Under the pieces are notes generated by a model that was not told where the DNA came from, did not search any database, and was given only the letters and a program-made list of their open reading frames with translations. Positions 13,501 through 25,500 of a DNA stretch of 64,000 bases are shown here, one piece after another. Each line of letters begins with the position of its first letter. Position 1 is the first letter of the stretch. The stretch comes from Bugula neritina (Eukaryota > Animalia > Bryozoa): NCBI GenBank assembly GCA_964035545.1, contig OZ037765.1, positions 10,178,698 to 10,242,697 of the forward strand, written 5' to 3'. The position numbers and the translations under genes are program-made.

Positions 13501-16500
13501 ATCAAAAATCATAAAATTAATTCAACTGATTTATTACTTTGTGAAAAGAAATTTTGACAAAACTTGATATCTTTTAGCAAATATTTCAAGCTCAACTTAT
13601 GCATGGAATAATATAAAACTTCAAAACACATTAATATTATTATTATATTATGTTACATACCATTGATAAAACATTGCTATTGATTTGATGAAATCCCCAT
13701 CCACTCAATCAACATAACTACACCTTTACTAAGACAGCTGCCAGGCTAAACTAAACTTCACTAATACTCTTGCAGGTATGAAACTATACATGTAATAAGC
13801 TTCAACTCTCAACAGACAAACTTTCTATACAATGAAGTTAGGCTACATGCCACGATAAGGACGCTATATCTCAAACAAAACAATTGTTTACATATTCCAA
13901 TGTATAGAGCCACTAATAATATGTTTGTCTTACTCACTGCTACATTGATAATGAGCTAGATGATCGATACCATAGCAACCAACAAACAAAAGGAGCCTAA
14001 AATATCACAAGTTGAGCTAGGAAGCAACTATTTTCATATAAAGCAAATTAGCATAAGATAGCATTGAAATCACATATCACAGCCTTAGTTTGAGTTGGTT
14101 GTGTAAGTTGATAACATTTAATGTTTATATTTAAGCAGTACTCAAGCTAAAAGAAAAATCTTGGTAATAAACACTTGCTAGAAAAAGTGTAAGTAGATTA
14201 TTAAGAGGACTTGGCTTGTAGGTGTCCTTGATTTAGAGGTCAAATGGTATATGTATATACTGTAAACCTGTTATCTACATGACACGTACACATACACATA
14301 GGAATAGCTTGTAATGCTTAATAAACCATTAGAGAAATACTTAAGAAATAAATGATAGTAAAACCACAACTGTAGTATGAATAAATAACTCACTTTGATA
14401 CAGGAGTTGTTTGCTCAGGCACCACTGCAAGTTGTTCTTGTTTCAGTACCTTTTCCAGCTCCCTGACCTGAAAAGAGTGGATAACTCTACACTGATGTGC
14501 ATTGCTAATAAAATTCTTCCCAAAAACTCACATCAATATATGATTATATATGTATATGTACATGAGTTGCAGTCTGAATATATGTGAATCTACCTTAAAA
14601 AAAGATACTAAGTCTGTCCAAAAAATAATAAATCAATAGGTACACCGCTATTTAATATTACACCGTGTCCAAACTCAAAAAGAGTGATCACACTAGGTGT
14701 GTCATTGCGTACCTTTTTCATGAGCATTTCATTCTCCTTTTGCTGTTCGATATACTCACTGAAAATATTACATAATAACTATATCTACCCTTCAGTACAT
14801 TTCCTAAAACTCTTAATACAGAAAATATTAGTACATGCTTCTAATCCAGTTGTCCATTTGTAGAAGTACAAATACACTAAGTGAAAATATTGAGACAATT
14901 CAGCAACATTCCGGGTGACTAAAAGAAATAAACTTTGCTTATAATTTGAAACCAAACACGAAATCAATTAGAGAAATGTAATTCTATTAAACCAATGTTG
15001 AGTATTGACAAGTTATGTTAAAACTTAATTTCTCATCAATAAATCAATATAAATTATATGAAAACATGTTAACAAACAAAAATCGTGTTGGCTTTGTTGC
15101 ACAGTATCACAGTTATGAAATTAACCTATTTTGTCCATGTGATACGCTTATATAGCCTGGGTAAAAGATGCTCGCTACTAATATTTACTCTGCAGTGTGT
15201 TTTAGAATAGGACAATACTCATACTTTTTGCAAAACATTTGCTCACAAGATTTTCACTTATTGTTCTCAAACCTCTATTAAATTGTACATGTATATGTAA
15301 TATGTCAATATCATACAACTAAAAAACTTAAAAATAACATACAAGCATATTTTACCAAGTGTTATTAAACCTGCAAATGTAACGACACTTGGATAATAAA
15401 AGCATGAAAATGAAGCAAGGACTTACGTTTGAGGTATGAAGTTTTTACTCTTTTCACTCTGCTCAGTCCTGAGCTTAGAGTAGCGAGTCTGTAGATCTTT
15501 GTTATCAGAATGTAACGACTCAATCTGTTGGTTTAAAGACGCAACTCTTGTCTCTGCCTAAAATTCACATACAATGTTAGATTTAAATATTATGTAGATC
15601 TACAAATTTAGCCAAAGTTGAAGTACAAAAATAGACATCATTTAAAAATGATAATATTCATGAATGAGTGTGGTAAAACATACCAATTGAGATTTTCTGT
15701 CGTTGGCCGAATTCAATTGCTCTATTTCTTGTTTGTGTATTTGTTCTATTTGCTGTAATTCTTGCTTATGAGCTGACAATGGAAAAATACACACTGTATA
15801 ATACATGAATTCAAAAGTTATAACATATCAATTATTGCCTTTTGACATACATGTACATTTGACTTCATTAGGTTACACTACAGCAGATGGACAATCTACA
15901 TTTTTAAAACAAAACTATCTTAGTCATGTTTATTCTAGTGGTCCAACTATTATCAATTACACAGTTCTATGCCAGCTAGTGAAATATATTAAAGATGTAA
16001 TTAGAGTAGATGTGGTTAGAGTAGATAGGCTGTAGATAAGGCAGACAGAAAACATGGCAGTCAAAACTAGGAAGCATTAAGTGAAGGATGGAATTACATA
16101 AATATAAGTTACATGGACACATAATAAAGACATTACACTTTGTACACAACACTATGACATTCACATTATAAAATTGTGTATAGAAATGTAGAGGCAGTCT
16201 CAAATATATCAGAAAGTAGCAAATTTTTACAGATTAAAGTTTGCATAATATAAACGACAGTTACGGATGATTGATCTATGAAGAGTTGAGTAACCGGGCA
16301 ACAGTTACACCAACTTTGTTTATATTTGTCGAAATGTAACTTGATTTTTAATCTAATCTGGCAAGTAAAAATATTGGAACTGAGCGAAATCAAGTCATAT
16401 ACAAAGATTAAATAACTGACTTTTAGTGCCACGACATAAATAGATGCACTAACAAATGTTTAATAAGACGCATTAGAAGAGAAGCAGCTTGTTTCATAAC

Positions 16501-19500
16501 CAACAGCAATAGCTATTACAAACAGATACACACCATCTTTGCTAATAGCCAATTCTCTGGTCAATTTTTCTATTTTACTTGTGTTTTCTAAAGTCATTGC
16601 ATCCATCTCTTGCTTCAGGGATTCAAAACCACTTTTATTCTTCAATTCCTTGCTCAGCACTTCCAGTTCTTTGCTGAAACAAGTTACAAAAGTAAATTAT
16701 TAATTAAGTTATGCATCGTTAAGTTAAATTGCAAGATAAGTTAATCCAACTTAAGTTCCATTTGTTATATAAATTTCAATATATATTATTTCCGCATACT
16801 AAGCTCTGCCTTTTTCTGTTTCCAATGTAGTCTTTTGCAACTCCAGCATCTCCAAGTCATTCTGTAAATCTTTGACTTTCTCTTCAAGTACTAGACATGC
16901 CTATAAATACATCAACACTACAGACAACCATATAAAACATCACTCTTTAGCATATGCTTATTGCAACATATACATGGCTACAGGATTTTATTAGCTCCAA
17001 CTTTACTAATAATTTACACAATATATACAAACAAGGTAGCCAATTGAAATTGACGAAATGGCAAATCTTAAAATACCATAGATAATATGTTACAATTAAA
17101 AACGCCTGTAAAATTAAGAACTTGTGACTAAATTTGGCATTTGAAAATTAAATGTTAAAATAATGTTGCAAATATAATACATACATAATATATACTACTG
17201 ATTAAAATTATTTGTTAAATTATATTGTAAATAGGTCATGGCAGTGAATAAATTAGAATAAACTCATATAAGCTGTGGACTAATAACTGTCCAATCACCA
17301 CACAAGCTATGTTTGTGGTACTATTATTATCGGAGCTACTAGACCACATGATATCACCTGCTGGTGTTGCCGGGAACTTCCCTCCACTTCAGAGTACTTG
17401 CTCTGCCAGTCAGACACAGATTGTTTCAGCTCGGAATTCTCTTCTCTCAGCTCCACATTCTCTTTACTCAAATCTCCTTCCGTCTGCAACAATGTACCAG
17501 CTTGGATTCAGCACAAGCAGTTACAGCAATTCAATGAGTAAATAAATCTAGACAACAGAAATAGTTATATACAGTGCTACATAGTATTATGCAGTGCTAT
17601 GTAGCGCTATGTAGGGCTATTTAATGCTATGTAGTGCTGTACAGTGCTATATAATGCTACGTAGTGCTATACAGTGCTACGTAGTGCTATACAGTGCTAT
17701 GTAGTGCTATATAATGCTATGTAGTGCTATACAGTGCTATGAACAAACTGCTAACATTGTTACTGCCAAACATTTTAACATACAGCATCCTTTTGAGCCT
17801 TGAGTTTTTCTATTTCTTCTTTCAGTCTCGCTGCTTCTTCTTTTAGCTCACTAGTCTATAATAAGTGATAAGTATTAATAAGCATAACAAAATGTTGAAT
17901 AATATGAGAATTTAAAAAAAAATATCCATTTGAGCACCATATTTTCTTCTAGCATGAAATTATAAAAAGTTATGAAAAATTTTTCTAAATTCTACTTGTG
18001 GTTCTTGGAAAGATTTTTCAGCCCATCATTTAATTGCATCTTTTTATTCTTGTTTTCTTTATTTTGTACTTGCTATATGACAAGAGTTGTGAGCACATGA
18101 TTATAAACAAATAGAACTCTATTAAAACAAAAATCCCATTGATCTTCTTTCCATACAATACAATCCAAAATTACTTACACCATTCTGCTCACTAATTAAT
18201 CTTTCATTTTCATCCATAATAACTTTTAGTTTCTTAGTTACATCATCATATTTCCTGTAAATGTTTATAATGTCATTGAAGAGAAAATTCAAATATTTCA
18301 CGAAATCCCATAACAGCTATTTTACAAAGTAGTAGTGATCAAGGGCTCCTACAGTAGATCTAGTAGACAAAATAATACAATTTGCAAATGCATCATGTAT
18401 ATAAATCACACAATACAAAGTATATTACACCCACTTTACAACCATACTTTATATTCAAAAGCACTCAAATGCTTAACACTGTCACAAATGCTAGAAAGTA
18501 GAGCGGTCAAATCTAGCTGACTAAAAGGAAATGGGATTCTATATAGTATATATAGTATATACTGACTAAGCTTACCTAAACATTGGCAATAAAGAATACC
18601 TTACAGAGTTTTGCTTAAAAAGTTATAAAATTGCTATTAAAAACAGCAAAAACCAACAAAGTCTATTCATAAAGCTTTTAGCATGAAGAGAGTTGAAGAA
18701 AATCAAGTAAACTATACATTAATATTAGAAAATAGCTATTTTTAGAACTTCAAAATGCTTGTTTGTGATAATTGTGTATTTACGACCATTAAATCTTCTA
18801 CATAAAAAAAACCTGAAATTCAACTACTACTAAGCATGTTTTTTTCAACATAAGCTGTGCTTTTTTTACTCAGAATTTAAAAAACCAAATTATAGTTGAC
18901 AAACAATGTAAACTGTTAATTGGAATATTCTTTCTCTAAAAATTCATGTAAACCTTTGCCCAAGAATCACACTGCTCGTTAGTTCACACACATGGATTAG
19001 TTATTTAGCTTTATAGAAGTAAGTTACAAGCATATGAGGTTTAGAGAGCTATATCTACTACACACTTACAACTTAGTAAGCATCGCATCCTTTCTACAAT
19101 AAACCATTCCCCAGTTGGGCACTAAAGCTGTGAACTATATTATGTTAATACAGTTAGGCAACTCACAATGTTCTTATTCTAATATAATTATTACACCAAG
19201 ACTTTTCAAGTTCACATTTTAGAATGTCTCATTTAAAACTATCAAAATACGAAACGGGAGAACATACATTGACACCAAAAACTTCGGCAACTTACTCATT
19301 ACGAGATCGCAACTCCTCAATTTCAGATTCCAGGCTATTCAATGTGAAACTCAACTACAAACGAAATAATATTTAAATCAGTATTCACATGTAATTATTA
19401 TGGTTTAACTTTATTCATAAAAAAGTGGTACTAATAGGTATGACGGTCATTTTATAAAAATGACTATTTATATAACAACAACTTTAACCTGCTATTAATC

Positions 19501-22500
19501 TTACAATTACATATGTTATAATATAATTGCAACTTACACTTATTTAGGGAAATTGAAAGTATTTATTTGAAATATGTAGTAAAAACAATAATTAGTTCAG
19601 AAAAGTCAAGTTTCACTCTTAAACCTATGTAAGATGAGAACAAACCTTCTCTTTTTCATTTTTCACTGCAGATAATTCTGTAATGAGTTCTTCATTATCA
19701 CTACAAGAATTAACAGTCATTCATCACATGCTTGATGTCACGTGTGTACTAATTTTTGTATTCAACAAGCATGGAAATATAATATGTAAATCAGCAACAA
19801 TCCAAATATACAAATCTGCATAAAAAACTGCTCTTTTAAAATTGCTTAAAAATGTCAAATTCTTTTAAAAAGAGTTTATTCAAGTGACAACTTTAAAAAA
19901 AGACAAACTTCAAGAAAAATTGAGCAACTTTTTGACTTATAAATAGCAGAGCAGCAGCAATTGCTATATTATTCAGAGCAGAGTCTTGAGGTTGTATTTC
20001 AATCTTATGATAACCAAACACAGCTTAAAGAAGCAGGTTGGGCCAACTTACTGTTTGAGAGAAGCATGCAAACTCTCAGCCTCAGCTAGTCTAGTTGATA
20101 GTTCTGCCGAATCACCTAGATTTACTGGACTCACCTAAAATGTAATAACACACAATAATATATACAACAAGTTTATTATAGCCTTGAAGATTGAAAAAAA
20201 ATTTCCTTTTGAAATTGATGAAAAAGATACAACAATTTGCAACCTGCACTGTAACACGAAAATATATATAAAGATATATCACTGATGAAGTACTGAAATG
20301 ATAGTTTTGAAACAAGCTACCACATTAACATGCCAAATCTAAATACAATGAATCACTTACATAATCTTTGTCTTCATTGCTTCCAAACGAGCTGACCGAC
20401 AAGGGAGAAACTCTATCACTGTCTTGCGTTGGTCCACTAACATCTTTCTTACTGCTTACATCTGTGAGGGTAGATTTCAACTTCTCCTCTGCATTATAAG
20501 TTGTGACAGCATCTGACAGCGGCTGTTTACCAGCACCAACCGAGTCATTCACTGCAGACTGCTTATTCCCGGCAGCTGCTGTACCTGTAGCTGCTGTACC
20601 TGTAGCTGCTGTATCTGTAGTTGTTACAGGAGCAGCCATATCCTCAATATCGTCATCATCTTCTGACCACAGACTTTCTTCGCTCTCTTGACGTGTTACC
20701 GAGGGTATCTTACCAGCAGAGTCTGTAGCGGAAACAGCTGCTGCTGCCCCAACTGATGTGACATTGAGAGGCATCACTTCCTCCTCAATAGCCGAGGGTT
20801 TGTTGAGTAGAGAGTCACCACCAGCGTCCGCATTGTTTGATTTTACTGTGTCATTCAACTCTTCATCTGACCAAACTGATTCACTGTCACTCTTAACTTG
20901 TGTTTCCAGTTCCTTCGGTCTTGTCAAAGTAACGGAACTGTCAGGTGGCGCAGCCAACACTGCACTGGCAGTCCCATGAGGCTTAGCCATCTCATCGCCC
21001 ACTTCGCTGTCAGAAAGTTGACTTGTGGGCTCACTGATGCGGCCCGAGGTATTAAGTGGAGGTTTAACTGGTTCTTTGGCTATATTGTTGGTGGTTTCAA
21101 GATCCTCATCGCTATCAGTGTCACCCCAGGAATCACTGTCACTTTCAGCTGGTTTAGGTGGCTGAAATATAAAAGAAATGCACACTGATTAATGATAAGA
21201 ACTACATGTACATAATTATTACAGGTCATTACAAATAGGATACAACTTACTATAAAAAATAGCGTGCAGGAGTTCAAACATTTTAGATCTAGCTAATATG
21301 CAGTGCACTATAAAAATCATTTCTATGACACAGAAAAAAGTAAAACTGTGATGAAAGGTATTGTTTAAACATTGTTCATGTTTTACTGGTATTTTTTAAA
21401 TATTTGAGGTGTATGATGCACATGTTTTATGCAATTTTGGTTATTTCTTCAGTTTGCAGCAAAACATAATTTACAAGTCCAATTATCATTTCATTTGCCT
21501 GCTTCTCATTTGTTCCCACATTTATCACCTCCATTATCTCTCTAACATATATTTTATTTTGCATGTAAAATTAGCTAAATTATTTCAATCAACTCTTTTC
21601 AATTTTGTCCACAAAATTTTGTTCAAATTCAAGCGCTTTTTAAACCGACATTCTTTAACTCTGATAAACCTATGTTTTCTGTGTGCATGTCACAACAGCT
21701 ATCTCAAGTATATATTATAACAAAGATGTCCTTACTCCACGCTTCACACAGCTCTTGATGAATTTTCCAACTATTGATATATTAGTTAACAAAAATGGTT
21801 TCATCAGATAAGTTTGCTGTTTTATAAGGGAGCAGCAGTGGTGTGGTAGCTAAAGTGCTGACTAAACGAACACAGAGTCAGCGGTTCAATCTCGGCAAAG
21901 ATAATTGGTGATGTTAGGAGGAACTTCAAGTCACATTTACTCTTTTGCCATAACAGAAATAAATTCCTAAACCCACTTAAAAACCATTTCCATCAGGGGT
22001 TCTCATAGGGATAGAAACTTTATACACATTGGAGAGTTTGTTTTTTACACTGTGGTAGATTGAGTGAATTACAATTAGCTCTCTGATACTACTACAAATA
22101 ATAAAAGTCAGAATTCCTGTAATAAACAGGGACTTGATGGTTAAACAATTAACGTATACTTACCGCAGCAGAAGCAGCAACTGTAGCAGCTTTACCAGCA
22201 GCAGCAACAGTAGCAGTATTCTGAAATATACAGTTTAGCATAATAAACTTCAAGGTGAACCCAATCAAACCTCTCATGAAGTTGAGTGAATAACCAACGG
22301 AAAATTTACATAAATATTATGTCAAACAGCTATACAAGTTAAAATAAGAGGATCTCTATATATTTGCAAGCATATTTTCGCTACCAATTTATTAATAATA
22401 GTTTAATAACTTTTAACAATAATTTTATAGGATTAGGCAATATAATTCAACAAGTAAATAATAAAAACTAAACATTAAACAAATAAAATTGAACTTTTAA

Positions 22501-25500
22501 AAAAGTCAACATAATAATACGCACTTTAATTTGGATGCTTTGAACACGAGATGTTTTTGGTCTAAAAACACTACTTTTGAAACTTTCTTTATTGACCTAA
22601 ACATACATTTCATAGAACATTCCATTATGAAACTACTATGAGATAATATCAAAAGTCTTGTTTACTTTTACAAATCAATTTCAACAAGCAAAAGTTAAGT
22701 ATAAAATCTTTCCTAACAAAATTATTTAAAACCCAAAAGAACTTTTTAAAGACTCGAAGAACAAGAACAAAACCAACAAATCAAAACTTGCCTTGTCTTG
22801 CCAAAATTTAAATTGAGACATAAATGATCTGTTACTAGATGGCAATGTTGTACCGCTTTTAGGAGATGAGAGCTAAGAAAATATAATTATAAAGAGTTTT
22901 TAATAAATCTCAACATTATTTTATATCTACTTGTGCTATGCCCCTTTTATATCAATTGAATTCTGATGTTGAAAATAAGCTTTTGCTAATAAACACGATG
23001 CTACAAAGTTTACTACAAACATTTAGTTCTAAAATAACTGAAATAAACTTAAAATAATTTAAATTCAGGTTAAAGGGGAATACCAGCAAATTACCTAACA
23101 ATAGCACCACTAGAAACAGCATAAACAAAAAACTTAAAAAGTAGATAGTTACTAAGGTCTGTAATAAGCTACATGAATCTCAAACCAAAATAGGTTATCG
23201 CAGTTTCATTCTTCTATAAAGCAGTTGTATTCATGTTACTTTTTTATAGATTATTAAAACTGCTAAAAAAATATGTTTAATCACACACTAACACACACAC
23301 ACGCACGCACACATATGAGTAATAAATTACCGATGTAGAGGCGGCATTAGAAGCAGTGAGTTTCTTCTCTGGAGGTAAAATATTTGATGTATCTCCCCAG
23401 GAGTCGTCTTCACTCTACATATCGTATCCATCATACAATATATAATATAGTGCATGCAGACATTTTTAGTCTATCACAACAATACAACCAGAGAAAGTAA
23501 CATAAGTGGAAAACCAATGGCCATTTGACAAATATTTGAAAATTTTAAATATTTTTGAGAAAACAAGATAATATTTAAATATGATTAAAATGGATAGGAA
23601 AAATATGAAGTAGGATATACTAATTCACAATACATACATCTGACGATGAAGCGCTAAGGCCTTTCTCATTTCTTTCTTCCTTACTTGTCTAAAAAATCAA
23701 ATATATGAAAATCAACTTTATTTTTTGACAACTAAAATATATAGTGGACAAAATGACTTTTTATACTTATCTATGATATAAGCCGATTTCATGATTAAAC
23801 AGCAGTCCAATTGCTAAAACTACTTTGGTGTTTAGTAGTACTGTAGTAGTAACCCAAGTGAGAGAATAGAGAATATACAATAAACTAAATCGAAGTAGAG
23901 TACTATTCTCAAATAGGCATTAGGAATTGAACAAGTTTGTAACAAGGGTAACCTATAAAACACAATAATAATAAGCTAATAACACTTTAACATTGACTCT
24001 AATGGTGGTCAAAACAGGTTCAAAATCTATTAAGATGAATCAATTGAAACTAAATTTTATCAGTATCAACTGCCCAAACATAATTATTAGTATTTTCAGA
24101 CAATAGGCTAACATAAGCAATATCGAATAACCATGGTTGATCTCCATATTAGAAAGTAATGGATATTCTCTACATATACTTGGTGCTTGAGACTGCCTTA
24201 GTATTTTACCTTTTTCTGGAAAGGTGACTCACTTTCACTAGAAGAGCTGTCGTCATCATCACTGTCCGAGGGGGGCTTATTCTGCAATAATCACATACAT
24301 CTTATATGTAAAGTAATCATATTAAACAATATGTAGTGTAGTATATACACTTTAAAAATTGCAAAAATTTTCCGAACAATATTGTCTGTTGCTAGACTAG
24401 CGAATGGTAAAAACTTCATGGGTAAATTTTGTATAAAAAATGACATTTATTTTTATATGAGAAGTTTTATCTGAAAAAAATTCCAGGTTGTGAGTGATAA
24501 AGGATGGACCTTGTGGGCCATAAATGTCTCACCTAAAGACAAGTACTAATTGACAATAATTCTGTAACACATAAAATGTTAATAAGCCGCATTGAATAAA
24601 AACAAAATGCATTAAATTTATAACATACACTAAGGATGGAGTTGCTATGATATCTGAAAATAGTGAATGTTTTAAAAATTCTTTCGAAGAGACTTTTTCA
24701 TTTACATGAACACACAAAGAATGAATAAAGCGTTTCAACAACATGTTTATACACAAAAAATTTATGAACAAGAATTAGCATTTTTAAAAATTATATGAAT
24801 GCATAAAAATTTTAGGAAAATTGTTAAAGTTGTAAAAAATTTTTATACTGATGCAAAAGTTTTTATTAACTTTGAATGTTACTTTTCTTATTACAGCATT
24901 GTTTGTTATTCATTCTCCTTTAGACTAGACCCACTTGAAAAAAATGATTACCTACATAAAATTATATAGTATGGTATATAAAAGTAAAGCACTACACAGT
25001 CCTTTATTCTGGACTGTTGCATTGTGTAAAATCAAACTAAAAAGCTAAGTTAGCTTATATTTTATGTAAAAGTAAAGTTGAACTTTTCCTGCTTACCTTG
25101 AAACAAAGCAGAAGCAAATTTGGCAGTGGCATTAATATTTTAAGAGTATTGGAATATGTAGAAAAATTACCAAGTATCTATTGCAGGTAAAGATGAACAC
25201 AGACAGTAGACAGGCTTTAACATTTAAGAGCAGCCGGAGAGAGCAAGATAGAGAAGGCTAACAGCAAACTTAGACCAGCCAGCCAGCCATTCTAACAGCA
25301 TCAACAGCTGGATCTATTCATTTCAATTGAAGCTATATAAAATATTGGGTTGCTATAAGCTATAGCTGTAAGCATTTCATAGTTTGGCTAATTAACTAAA
25401 GTATTTTACAGCAACAGTGTTAATTTCACATAGCTAAATACTAGCAAAGAGAAGAGGGCAGGGTGATATTGAGCGCAGCTATAGAGTAGCGTAGCATCAG

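Noticed and set aside
20503-21277. Overlapping ORFs on both strands around the large exon
   Set aside because: Shadow frames of the GC-richer 801-bp exon 20361-21161.
21828-21900. tRNA gene or vault RNA
   Set aside because: A/B boxes are present, but there is no clean cloverleaf and the sequence continues into a dispersed repeat body, so it is a SINE head. I found no convincing vault RNA near MVP by eye; an Infernal search with RF00006 would be needed.
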